Part shown: positions 38,101 through 51,595 of the stretch, in pieces
Position numbering within the stretch: position 1 is the first letter of the stretch
Layout: every line of letters starts with the position of its first letter
Position numbers and translations under genes: made by a program
Notes under the pieces: model-generated
What the model saw: the letters and a program-made list of their open reading frames with translations, nothing else
What the model was told of the DNA's origin: nothing
Databases searched by the model: none
NCBI GenBank assembly: GCA_026023565.1
Contig: JAPETS010000008.1
Coordinates: forward strand, 558,001 to 622,000
DNA: 64,000 nucleotides
Direction of reading: 5' to 3'
Source: Cirrosporium novae-zelandiae
Taxonomy: Eukaryota

Positions 38101-41100
38101 AGGCATACGTAAGCAATTATCTTTAAGAAACTGGGCAACAAGGTTAGCAATTCTCGCGTGTTCAAAACGAGGACAAGCCATGCAAAACCACGCGACAAAA
38201 CAACTCTAAAGCAATGAAGTGAAATTCAAATATTAAGTACCAAAGTAGGGTGTACATAGTACCCCAAAAGAATTTTGCCCATGAGTGCTTGGTTTATTAA
38301 TAACAAACAACGGTCTGTGTGAAAGCACGGTGCTACTTCCTACGATCCGCGGGAAGATGATAATTAGTTTGCCTCAGATTTTAGAAAATCTAGAAATAGG
38401 TACAGGGTGTCTGTTAATTATTGCTGGATTCGTTAAAAGAGACGACGACTCGAAGACTCGAAAGACATGGGAAGAAAAAAAAAAGGTTTGGGTCTCAAAG
38501 GTTTTCCTGGAGCCAAATACTGATTGACTGTAAGTTCGGAACTTTGAATTTCCAGGTATGCATTGAGTTTTGGAACAAGGAAATATCCTGGGGGATTTGT
38601 GGAATTGATTGAATGAAGCTGAACCAGAAAGTATTTTGTAAAAAAGCAACCCTGTATGATCATCTTCTTATTTTGTTCTAGTAGCTTTCGGCGGGAACCC
38701 CAGAAAGGATTTTCACATGGTTGTTCATAACGTTAATCCGTCAACCTGTCAATCGTTAATACGATCTTCCTATTATGGCTTTTATGACTATTATGATCTC
38801 TGGATAGACTACATAAACATAATGTTTGTCAAGTAATGAACTATCAACCATTCAAAACACACAACAAAAATTAGAATCCTTCTATAAAGACTATCACTAA
38901 CCCCTTATCTATCTAGCCTTTCAATTAATTTTTATTTCCGTTAGTAGACAATATCTAATTAATTTGTCCTTTTTCTTTTAAAGTAGGTGGCATGCTGGGC
39001 CGTTTTTGAGATGTGCATCGTCGCTTATGCTTGCATTCTCCTCGGTCTTTTTACGGGAAGAGTGATGGGTCAGGACAGGGAGTCCTGGGCTCTTCCTTCT
39101 GGACTCGTGAAAATTCAGGCCACGAATCCACGAATCCGCGACATCAAACTATCCACGACATCCATCTACTTATCCGATTACTGGTACTGTTGGTACCATA
39201 ACTGATCCACATTGACCAATCTCAAATGCCGTCCCGTGAGATATTGAATTTGGTATTATTGTATTACAGAACTAACTACAATTGTTGATTACCTTTTGGA
39301 TGCGGAATACTCTGCATCGGAAATCTGGCACAAATGGCCTCCCACCATTCCTCAGCACGCACCCACAATGTCAGCCGGTCCTAGATCATCATCCATTTCA
39401 TGCGATAATCATGACCTCAACTGCTGTGACACTTCCCCCAACACCAAAAAAGGTCTGACTTCAAATCCGATTGCTATCAAGTCATCATTGCCAATCCTTC
39501 ATAATTGTCCAAGAGTCATGGCTGACCAGATGACAAAACTAGTACATTCACAAGCCAGTCATATCCGTCGGTTAAGGAAGGTACGGCCAGCTTGTGTATG
39601 ACAGTGGAACAGCCCGCCAACGAAATTGGAAGCTCAGGGTTTGATGACCTAAATACACAAGGCAGCCGCAGACATTGGAGATTGAGATGCTAAATCCATG
39701 GCTTGATTCTACCCAGCCTTGGGTGTGCATAACATTTCGGACACCGTTGGCACAGCGATACGCTCGTAAGACTATGAGTGTATTTATTCATACTGAAGAT
39801 TGCCGTGTAATTCATCCACATTCGCCGCAACCAGCCATGTTTAGGTTAATGTTCAAAAGGCTTTAACCCATTGTGGTCTTCGCATATCTCGGATGGGAAA
39901 TCTCCTGGAGATCAAGGGTCTAACCCTGCAACTAGCGGATGTCATACTACGGTCCGGTAACTAACGGGCTTAGAACCTTTTTGGAAATGACGAACTTGAG
40001 GGCTTAGAGACATCATTTGACAGTACTCCTAATCGCCGACATCTCTACTCCGAAAGGGATTCCCTAGCGACATCGATGCTTGGCACCTGTTATGTCGGTG
40101 CTGTTCTCATTGCATGACCCATTTTGAACAATGCTTCACGGCCATGTCAGAATAGCCTGGTCAACATAAGAAATTGGCATTGCAACTGCCTCTTTCTCAT
40201 TATGGATGGAGTATGTAAGCTCGCTGATTTAACTGCTGAGGGCTCTAAGCTTTATCATGATGCTTGTTCTTGGCTACCCTATGATTTGGTACTACTCGAG
40301 ATTTGTCCCCATGATGATCTATCATAGAAGATCCCTGTAGCCACGATGCGTTCCCATTAGTTGGTTTCTGCCTCGAATATCTTCTAGTAGCCTTCTGCCA
40401 CAGTGTCAGTTTACCCATGCACCCCAGCCTACTTGATGGCCGAATATCAAAAACGGTGCTAGGTCACTTAAAACTTCCCGTACAGCAAGGACATAGCCTG
40501 CTGACAGACCAGGGGACCACTACCAGCTACAATAGACAATGGTCATCACCTTTCTTGTTCTTGGTAAAGACCCTGATGAAACTCAAACGGGTAATCGGCC
40601 CATGAATTTTTTCTACTTTTGAGGCTTTCCTGGGACGAAAATCCTTAAATGTTCAACCTGCAGGGTTCAATTCCAAGTGGGGCACATCTAATCGGGAAGA
40701 AATAGGAGGGATAAGACTAAATATTATCAATGCCAATGAGCCTTTCATTCCGCTACATATCACTAGTGGAGGATTGAAGATTAAATTGAAATTGAGGCCC
40801 TGTTTACCTTTCCCCTGGTATGGGAAGATGGGCAGTCCAACTATACTGCTTAATGGCAGAAGTTCGGTTCTAATTTAGGACGTTTTGGTATAAGCAGCCA
40901 GACGGCCGGTTTGAGATATGATTTTCCATCCGATGAATGCAATATGTTAGTGGTGATGAATGGTATTTCGTTCCTATTAGAAAGCACTTACGCAATACTA
41001 GTCCCTTGATTAATTGATCTGATTCTAGGTAGTTACGTGAGGGACTCAGATCACCCCAGCGATACCGGAACACCTGCTAATTGGCTACTTCTATCTGATC

Positions 41101-44100
41101 CTTGATTTCTTGGTCTACCACATCTTGTCCAGAGCTTCCTGAGCTTTGATGGCATACATGGCAAAAGAAAAAAAAACTTGGGCTTCTCAGGTTTTCCCAC
41201 CCGGAATGAACATGAAGGTGGTAAGAATCATACGACTCTTGTTGATAATTTGGTGAGAGTGGGAGAATTACTCCGAACAAACCTAGAGAGATCCAGGGGG
41301 TGGGTGCTTGACCACCCTCAAGCAGGCTAAGGGAGCAGATCGTCTCTGCCCCCCACTCTGACCCAAGCTTGACATGTAGGAAGTGCAAAGAATCCTCGCT
41401 GATCCGAGCGGCTTCAAGCTCTTTCATAATGTGCAAGGAAACAAGAAAACTTAGTAAATAGCTACAACAGACGAACGGCCCATTAGAACCCTTGGCAACG
41501 GTGTAAGTGTTGTCCGTTTCGGACATTGAATCAAGATTCGACCTTCTCTCCGTACCGTCAGAAGCCGACATGGTCCGTGGAACTGAATTTGCCTTCGATA
41601 TTGGACCTGAAGAAGCTGATAATAGCAAAGTACTGTCTGTGTATGATGTTAGGCCAGCAAGTTTGATAGCTTTTAGGTGGGCTGAAGCTTTGGCATGATG
41701 CCGTGTGCTGCATGCAGTGATTTACCGAAGCTTGACTTGCATGGCTCTCCGCTTGCTTATTCCGAATTTCTGGAGGATGACAGTTCAGAAGATTCTTAGA
41801 GATGGTGAAGGACTGCGAAGACTACCCAAGTATGATACGATGATTGGAATTTTAGACAAGGACGAAAATGGAACTGGGAAGAGGCATGGTAGAGGTGGTG
41901 CATGGTTTTCGCAAGCGTCGTGGCCACGCCCGGTTGGTTGATTTGGCCGTCCTCGATTCTAAAAGACGTACAATCGAATCAACGATCTTCCGGACCAGAT
42001 TGCTCGCATCATCTCATCGCACGATCTACATTAACTGGCCGTCTGAGCTTGTCTCAGGCTCCCATCTGTCTACTCATATTCCTTCATTAGGGGTACCTTT
42101 TTGTTCTGTTTTTTGGTTTTTTTTCACTCGTTCGTTGGATCATTTTTGATCGGCGCCTACCGGAAATCAACTACTTTTCAAGAAAAATTCCAATCTTGCT
42201 TATCATTACGACTGGTACCAGATCCACAGCTTGGCTGTTTTATGCCTTTCAACTCATGTGCTTATGGCATTATGGGTTTAGTTCTTGCCTGTCGCCGTTG
42301 AACTCAACTAATTTACGGTCCGAACTGACTAAACCAGCCTCTTGGGAATACTTTTCTGCCCCAGGATATCAACCCCTCTTTTTTGGTATTTTTTATTTTT
42401 CTTTGGTTTTTTGGTTTTTTGGTTTTTTTCTTTTTCTTTTTTTTTTACTCGGCGGGATTTTTTCGCGTGCACGGAGCTTTGCGTACTTTTTCGTGTTGAG
42501 GCGTCCATAGGCGCCCACCCCATAGCTTTAAGCGTCAGTTAACCCCAATTTTACCTCAACGATTGAGATATACTCCGAGGAGAGTGGCATCTAACAAAAA
42601 AAATCCCTGGATAGTTACACATTACTTCAGAAAACTTGTACTTCCTGAATCCTTGGGAATTTATTTTCCACAAGTCAAAGCCGTCAAGCGACTTGTTCCG
42701 TTGGCACTTGCTTCTTCGTGAGTTACGTAGCCCTTGAGATGTTCAGGTCAAGGAACGTTCGGGATGAGGAACCTGCAAGAGTTCGTTAGTGATACACTCT
42801 TCAGGTCAAAGCGCAGAAGCCCCCATTTCACTTAGTTTTTCGACTAACCAGGATAGTTGCCACTGTCGCTGAGCTGTCTCCATGGCAATATAGGATTTTG
42901 ACTCGCCCTATAGCTGATGATCTTTTGTCAGTGGAGGACACACACTACTCTTGTACAAGTTGATGCATGACCTATTCTATTCCGACGCCGGCTGTCATCA
43001 GCAAGTGAACCTGCAGAATTCCTTGTGCCCTTAGATTATGAGCCTTCATGTCAAAGGCAGATATTGGCCACATGTTGAAATCCGGAATACTCAACCTTCT
43101 TCCGCCGATACCCACCGGAAGTATCGGTGGTCCACGAGCTATCTTGTTTGTCCCTTTACTGGCTCTTTCCGAGATGATCCTCAGTCATTCGTTTTTTCTG
43201 TTTAATAAGGTTCTTATCGCACAATCCGCCTTAGTCAGGATGCTTATGCCTGCTAAATGTGGAAGGTGCCTCTTTCCTATCCCACAATAACTGTCACTCT
43301 TTGCAGCCCTCACGTTTCTTTCATGTTCAAACAATGGATATTATACATGGAGTGCTGGAAAACCCTCCGCATTCTGCAAGAGCTTCTGGACCCCGGAACC
43401 GATGTTGTGGTACCTTCATATCTTCTAGGCTTTAGTTTACACTTACAACGCTCGAGGACAGGAATTGTAGACGCATGATCTTAACCAGCGTCGCCATCCT
43501 TCTACCCTACCAACTGGAAGAATGTGTCTTGTAACTCGCCTCCAGGACAAAGAGACCTTGGTTTTAATCGAGCTTGATGAAAACAGGCTTGCTAACTTGT
43601 CCCGAGACAACGCGCAACTTTACTGGACTTCTTAGATCCGGGCCAACAGATATGTGTGCCCATGCTCGTAATATCAAGATGCAATCGTGAAACGACTTCT
43701 CCATCAACCACGAGCTGAAGCTATTTTATTGCGATAGGGAACGTGAATGACCGTATTAGAAAGCACAGATGAGAATAATTCATTTATTACAAGGGTGAAT
43801 AACCCTTACGCTCTACTCAACAAGCAATGACGATTCTTTACCGTTAGGGCCTTCGAGACTTGGTCTTCTACTGACGATCCCGAATGAGGATCATCTGATA
43901 TCTGGCCTTGGATATATATGGGGAGCCAAGTGGAAAACCATAAAGCCAAAATTAGTGTTCAAAGCGAATGGACATGACATCAATAATTTATCTATGCGAA
44001 TGAGAGCTCGCTAGGATTTGGGTATCCAGGAACAAACGGCTGCTATTCAAGCAATAAATGCCACAAAATACCACCCATTTTCCCGGCCTGCCAATGTAAA

Positions 44101-46656
44101 TGCTCTATCACTAATGAATGGACTTGGTAGATTATCAATCTACCGACGAGGAGAAGAAAGTACATTGTTCCAAACAACCTAATGATCGATTGCCGTGAGT
44201 TGATTTTCCCTTTGCCCCGTAAATCTAGAACTCTAGACTGACTTGAACCACCCAGCAGCACAACACAGCACAACACAGCCACCTCCATCACCTCATAATA
44301 AGCCAAGAGACTCGCCTACATATCCACTTCATTTACGGCCCAATTATTGCTATGTGTCGGGAACAAAAACACTCCCAAGAGAAAATGTTTCTTGCTGGGT
44401 AAGATAGGCACCTACACGAGACCCAACAGGGGGAACTAGTGGGATCGAGCACCCCCAAAACAGGGTACGGCACAAATCGCTCCCAACAATCCTGGGGAAG
44501 ACCTTTTTTTCGGGCTCGAATACCAACTGTAAATCCTACTCCTAAAAATAGGCTTGCGTGCCGATAAAGTTGAATTTTTGACATTTCTAACTAAAACGGC
44601 AGCAACAACCGAAGGTCATCCCAGCCTTCCGTTCGTTCGTTCGTTCCACCAATGGACGCCAGAATAAACTTGATCCCGTCATAAAACAAAGCCCACCGAG
44701 ACAGATCCCAGAACCAAATTCAATATTACCGGACCTGGTCCCCGTTATAAGTTATGACAGATCGAATGTGCGCAGGCCAAAACCAGATCAGACGGGAACG
44801 GAACAGGATTTGACCTTTGGCGACTTAATATCAAACTTTTTTTCCTGTGTCAGATATTTATGTCTAAAATTTTTAAACAAGAAAGTTATCTACTCGTTGA
44901 TACAATTGATCAGAAAAACAAGTTCCAGATTTTTTGGCAAATCGAATAGGGTGGTTTCTACTTTACTACTCTCTCACATATGTGGCATATTCAAAGCCAG
45001 GGGGTAGGGGAGGGAGGGCAAAGAGGGAAAGAAGGGAAACTTCTTCGCTGTTCCATCATATACATGTATAATGTATATATATATATTCCATTCTAAGATA
45101 TTTACATTCTACTATCTAATCGAATTAACAATTTTTTTTTACCTAACCTACATTCTTTATTTACTTATTTTATCTCAACAACAAACCCCCTTTTTCCTCT
45201 ACTAGTATATAGGAAAAACTATTGTTTATTATCCCTCAAATGGAAAAAAAGAAAAGGGAACTAGGAAATGTTGTTGGATGGATGGGTTGAGATTGGGATT
45301 GAGGTTGGAGATTAGGATTAGATGGATAGATATATAATTATCTATATAATTACATCACTTTCACAAATTGTAAAATCTAAAATCAACACACACACACACG
45401 CGCGCGCATTATACATTATTACAAACCCTAAAATTCTCAACGGAGTTAATGATAAGGATGGCTAGATTGATTGGGGAAGATGTATATTGTGTTGTGTTGT
45501 TTTGTTTTTTGGAAAGGTATTTGTTTTTTTGGTGGTGGCTAGACGGGTGGAGAGTATGGGGTATAAGGTATAAGGTACGGGATATGGGGTATAAGGTCAG
45601 GTGTATTAGGCATAGAATGTAAGTGTAAGTCTATAGGGGAAAAGAGTAAGAGGGATGAAAGACCTGATTCTAAATACCTACATAAGTAGTTATTTTAAAT
45701 CCATCTATCCATCCATCGATCTATTCATTCTATGAACCCCCCCCCCCCCCGGTTCTCAAACCTAGGTAGGTAGGCAGGTAGGGTCTAAAAAAGAAATAAA
45801 TAAATAGAAAAAAGAAATAAGTAAATAATTAAGCGTGAGAGAGAGAGAGAGAGATAACTCAAACACATCGCAATGCCATTATTGCATCCAAAGGGCACAC
45901 TTAACACTTTATAAAATCAAATCTGATCAATCACCTTTTAACTTTTTATCTTTTTTATCTAAACCCCTCCCTCCCTTTTCCCTTTTCCCCTTTTCTCTTT
46001 CTCTTTCTCTTTTCCTCCGAATGTAACCGTTTTTCTAGCTTTTATTAGGCGCGTGATGGATAGATAGAGGGGGAGGGGGGAGAGAAAGGGAAAGGGGAAA
46101 GGGGGGAAAGAGAGGGTGAAAGGGATTAGGGATTGGGGCATCTTGTAATTTGTGTGCTCGTTGGTTGGTTAGATATTCGCGGAGGGTAAAAAAAAAGGAA
46201 AAAAAAAGGGAATGTGGAGAGCATCTTCTTCGTTACTTTTAATGATTCCCTCTCTTTTTCTGTGTCTGTGTCTCTTTCTTTCTTTCCCTTATTTCCTTCG
46301 ATTCATTCCTTAATTCGCAAAATACGTGCATAATGCCATTTTTCTTGTCATAATAGCTAGGAGGAAGCGCCGCTGTTCATCACCCCACCCACATCTATCC
46401 ATCAATCCATCCATTCCATTCCATTGATGCTCCATAAAAGGGAAAGAGAAACCCTATTTTCGCATCTATCGCCAAAAAAGCAAAAAGCAAGAGAAAAAAA
46501 AGGAATCGTTTTTATGAATGAATCATCATCATCCCTGGCTAAACGAATATTCTTGTTGGAAAAAGGTGAGGGTGGTTTGGTGGTGGGGGATCATGTATAT
46601 CCCTCCTTGGAAGATGTATTCAGCTGGTTAAAGGGATTTGGTCTATTTTTTTTCTT

Positions 46657-48691
46657 CTAGTTTTCTGTGGTTGGGACATCTATCGCGCGGTAGAGAAGGA
46701 TGAGTGCGGAGTGGCTTTCACCTGTTATGAAGAAGGGGTGTTAGATATTAATAGTGAAACCTAGAAGGTAGAGGGTGGAGGGGAAGGTAAAAGAGAGTTA
46801 ACTTACCACCACCAGAGAGGGTCTCGATCTTATCCTGATCCACCTCTGTGACCTTCTCATCGTTAAACCACCACCACTTTCCATCCTCCTCCTTTCTTTT
46901 TCCCGTCTTCGAATCTATCACTCCCTGCCTCTTCACATAAGCGGTATAATGCCCACTGTCAGCACTAGCACCCTGATGTGTGATCACGCCCCGCAGCTCA
47001 TATAGCCCAGATTTGTTTGCACCATCGTCAGCAGCAAGTTCTGGATCAATAAGCTTAAAGAGCTCCTGTTTGGCGGCAAGAATGGTAGCTTGCTTCTCAG
47101 CTTCGTACTCAGCATCGGACTTGAATACCTCCATTTCAGCATCCTCGTTGTTTTCAGCACTCTGGCCTTGGTTGTGTTCTTTCTCGGCTTCTTTCTTTTC
47201 TTGCTGTTTACCTATTGGGCCAGTTGACTCGGCATCTGCCTTGCGATCCGCTTCCTGCTTCTCAAAACGTCTCTGACGCTTGCGCGCACGTTGCATGTCC
47301 TCCTCATCCTTACGGAGGTTGTGTAATCGGTCTCGCACAGGAATCAGACGTTTTTTCAGATCGTCAGTGCAGAACTCAACAGCATCGAGCTCGAAGGGAA
47401 AGGTGACCTTCCGCATGATTTTAGCTTTCTTTCCTGCGTCCCGTTTCCAGAAGAAACGGATGAAGTGAACAGTGAGATATTTAGGAAGACGAGAAATCCG
47501 AGAGGTTTTCGTGTACATGGCGTCTCGGCCGAGAGATGGTGATTGCTTCTCAATTTTCTCCTCTAGTCCGGCAACGATGCCATCGCGGAGGTGGTTTGTA
47601 TTCTTGTTGATATGGCAATCGAGCTTGAGAAAGACATCAGATGATTCAACAGCAAGCTCATCTTCAGTACCTGGCTCATTACATTTGAGAACAGAGTCAA
47701 AACGTCCAGCTAAGTATTTATCAATGAATGATATATCCTTCTGAGAATCTGAAGAGGCGCTACCAGAAGCTCCTTGGGAGGTACTTTTCACCTTGAGCTT
47801 TTGTCGGAGCTGCGTAATAATATTGGTCCAAGCTTCTTCTGCATCCTGTTGCGCATACCCATGACCAGTTCGGGATTTCTGGGCAAACTGGGGGAAAGCG
47901 CTGCGAAGGGCATTGAGAAACATCATTGGAGGAAAGCCTTCTTGCGTTTCGGACATCTGCTTGTAAAGATCACGAAGAGACTCGGTGAGATCCATCGAAG
48001 CTCCTAGGCCACCAAGACCAGAATTTCTCAGGTCCCCTAAAATTGAAGCCCCAGAAGGTCCATCACTTGGCGATGGTTTATACTTCATAAGCTCTTGTTG
48101 TAGTTCTGGCACTGCTCTCAGCGCCTGTAACGTTGAGTTCAGATAACACGTATTTCCTAGATTTTGTAGTCCAGCTGGTATAGCACCGTCTGCCTTGGCC
48201 GCTTCAGCTTCCGTCATATCCTCAACAAACTTGGTCTTTTCCTTAGGTCGTGTAAGAACCGCCTGCCCTTCTCCCGGTGTTCCCATCATCATGAATGTTT
48301 GCCCGGGCTTTGCGCCGAGCGTAGAGAGGTCGGTCTCATCTTTTAGCTGACCACCCTTGACAAGGATTTTTTGACGATCTGGCTCGACGCCTGTAAGGGA
48401 ATATAGCTGGTATTTGAATGTCTCCCCGGTGGTAGTGGGGTCAAGTTCGACATTATATTTTTTGCCTTGGTGCTTGACGAAAACTGTAGTATAGACGTTA
48501 GCATGATTAATATATACAGTAATATCTTTTTACTAGAAAGTGAATCTGAACTGTCGCGCAAGGTAGAGGATAGCTTATAAATCCTCCAAAATAAATGATT
48601 CCTTGAGGAAGCCCCACCAACAGGCAGTAATGACTTCTAGATAAGGTATTCTAGAGTTTAGAAAGATTATCTTACCTTGTATAGGATCCAT
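46657..48691 (-). CDS. ubp6: Proteasome-associated ubiquitin C-terminal hydrolase Ubp6/USP14, ~585 aa
   Basis: Exons 48691-48676, 48483-46807 and 46721-46657. N-terminal Ubl domain (VKHQGKKY..GVEPDRQKILVKGG); Cys box GLQNLGNTCYLNSTLQ; QQDAEE; His box HQGASADSGHY; GGGESHSALILLY. Confidence 0.96.
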
Positions 48692-49123
48692 GATAAGTTC
48701 TTTGGGAATTTTGAGAAGTAAATTCAAGCTGTTGACAGTTGAGATGGTTTTTGCCAGAGGTTTTGCCGTCAAGAAGAACGTCAGCGGTGTACCAATAATT
48801 TTGTCGAGGTGCACAAATCAGCCATCTGGACAGACGCAGGTACAACCTCCGCAACGTGCTCCAGGAAGATAAATAATATCACAACAACGTTAAACCCAAG
48901 CAAAATCAATCAAGCCGGATCCTTTTAGGGCGAGCATAATATCCTTCTACCTTTGCAGGGTCGGGTGCAATTCCTCATTTGAATTGCTATATCTAATTGT
49001 TAGTGCGTTGTCTTACAACCATTAAGATCTCTCCACTGTTCTGATTTAGGCTGTCAAACGAGGAACGCTTATAACATATTCTAGCATCTTTATACAGGCT
49101 TTGATCGGATCCAATCTATAATC

Positions 49124-49868
49124 ATGGTATATTCTAAGTTCCTTATACCTAGATTATACGTATAACATCTAACGTGGACCAGTCCCAATCACTGCGACCC
49201 TACCTCCAATGCGTCCGATCCTCTCTCACAGCAGCCCTCGCTCTCTCGAATTTCGCATCCCAGATCGCTGAACGTCATAATGTCCCGGAAATTGAAGCTG
49301 GAAACGCCCCCGAACTTCTCCTAAACCCTTTGACTATTTCCCGTAACGAGAATGAGAAGGTCCTCATCGAGCCAAGCGTCAACAGTATCCGAGTGAGCAT
49401 TAAGATAAAGCAAGCGGATGAGATCGAAAATATTCTAGTACACAAGTTTACAAGATTCTTGACCCAGAGAGCAGAGGCTTTCTTCATATTACGGAGGAAG
49501 GCTATAAAGGTTTGTTTCTTAGCTATGTGTCTTGAGAGCGAAGAATGCTGATTATAGAAAGGGATATGATATTTCTTTTTTGATCACAAATTTTCATACG
49601 GAAGAGATGCTCAAGCACAAGCTCGTTGATTTTATCATTCAGTTCATGGAGGAGGTAGATAAGGAGATATCAGAGATGAAGCTTTTTGTATGTCTTTTTA
49701 GCGACATAGATCCCCTTTGGTGCTTCTATCATGGAAAAGCACACACTAACTCTTCTTCTAGCTGAATGCAAGGGCACGATATGTCGCCGAATCTTTCTTG
49801 ACGCCTGTAAGTATTCCTGGATCTTTGAAGGAGCATCAACTTATCAGTTTTTCACATAGTTCGATTAG
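49124..49868 (+). CDS. arc19: Arp2/3 complex 20 kDa subunit (ARPC4), 169 aa
   Basis: Exons 49124-49126 (ATG only), 49183-49509, 49562-49687, 49762-49806 and 49860-49868. [58 protein letters not shown]. Confidence 0.96.
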
Positions 49869-51595
49869 CCAGTATAACCTTACGCGGCTGGCATTGCAGA
49901 GAGTTCATCAAAATATGATAGTATTACTTTGGCAAAGTTTGAAGCAATGTGTGCAAAGCTAAGAGAACGTTTATCTTCCCATTTACTAACAATGTGTAAC
50001 CTCTATTTGCCAACAAATATGTCCCAAAGAGAACGGTCGAAGCCACCATTAATATCCCTAGACTATGTGAGAGAACACTTCCACAATCGGTTGTCATTCA
50101 CCGCTTAGTGCATCGCCTAGCTGTCGGCGGTGGAACTGGTAAATTCCCTTCAAACACGAGTTCCTCGTACCATTTTCAATTTGTTTTTGTTACCATCCCC
50201 CTAGAATGTGGCCTATGTCATCGTTGTCGGACTCCAGCTCTTCCAACCTTTCGGATTTGGTTGACTTGTCGTCTACTTGGCTTAACATGTTGACTTTCCT
50301 TCCATGAGATCCGTTTTTTTGCCGCCCCTCCAGCCAATTTTCATATGTTTAAAACAAGTAATATCGTACTAAACACCATCATTTACCCATATAGCTTATA
50401 AGAGGAAGAAGAAATGCCACTTTTTAAACCCGAGTATTCGATAAAGTAGAGCCAAGCCGTATTTTGGTTTCTACTCTTACACGATATCTGAACCTGAATA
50501 TCGAGAGTTCAATTTGAATGCTGGTCAAAGAGGCAGTGAAAGGGTGCTAAGAAATTGCCAGGCCCCCTCAATTGTATCCTTGGATTGTTCTAGCCAGGGC
50601 GGTGACAATCGTCCCCTTGAGTATTTACAAGCTAATGGAAACGACGCGCGTAGAATATCGATAATGCTGAAGTTGTTGCAATGCTCGACTTTTATTTACG
50701 ACCTCGCTCTCGAATACCACTTCCCTCTCCTGTCATTCATTATAGCCATTGGATGCACTCGCCATTGCACAAGAGTTATCAGTATTAGGTAAGCTGTATT
50801 ATCTTCTTCTTTGTTTTGCTTCCTGATGCCCACCGCCGCCGATTGATTTCTGGATTTGACTCGAGCTCATCGCCTATGGGCTCACGGGTGAGTCGTGCTG
50901 AGGCATCAGCTATAAAAATATCTCAGCACATATGGACGGCTACTGAAACCAGATGATCACGTCTATCGGCCACCCCCACTAGATGAATACTTCGCTGATC
51001 AACATGAAGGCAATCAACTAAGCATTGGAGTTAATATGACTGAAATATAGAGGCAGCTACTATATATGATCAAATATGAAGAGTCGAGATAGTGTTCCAA
51101 GTATATCTAATCTGGAGGGATGGGCTGATAGGATTCGATTTGACTGCAAAAACTCCTTTTGTGCCACCACCGGGCGGGTGTCCTGCGCAAAGTTTAGCCC
51201 ATTTAGAATTGGGGATTTCACCACCTAAGGTTGTGTCCTCTATAAAAAGGGCAATACGGAGGGGTTGGGGTCTCCATTCACTCCAAAATGTCCCGTAAGT
51301 CTCTCTCCGCTGGGAAGTGTCTGGCGCGTTTATTGAGTTTGCTTCGTTAACAATTTTTATTACCAAGGGGGGGCAAACCAAGTCTTCTGAGACAGTTGAA
51401 TGTTCGCTTTATTATTGGGCCGCTCTGATCTTCGACGAGGACTGTCCTCAATTTCATACTTCTCTAGCCACGTATCACTCACTTAGCCAACACAAAGCTG
51501 GGGGAAACCTCATACTTAGAGATTTGACTCCACCTCAGCCTCTACCTCCATCTTTCATAAAATACCAAGAGAACTCAGTCTTCAATCCTTCAAGA

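Noticed and set aside
40950..41027. Possible box C/D snoRNA (GTGATGA 40953, CTGA 41019)
   Set aside because: Terminal stem is weak, there are no clear C'/D' boxes, and recalled rRNA complementarity is only short and imperfect. Such box pairs arise by chance in 64 kb.
41077..41628. 183-aa ORF in the mtfA upstream region
   Set aside because: TTG start, no recognisable domain, no supporting splice structure.
48740..48775. Rpn4/PACE-like GGCAAAA pair upstream of ubp6
   Set aside because: Does not match GGTGGCAAA and may lie in the 5' UTR; too short to support.
49124..49126. ATG-only first coding exon of arc19
   Set aside because: Start-codon introns are common in fungal genes; not novel.
49510..49561. 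AAG splice acceptors (also in the clg1, methyltransferase and DUF2461 genes)
   Set aside because: AAG is a known minor acceptor in fungi; a few cases among several dozen introns is unremarkable.
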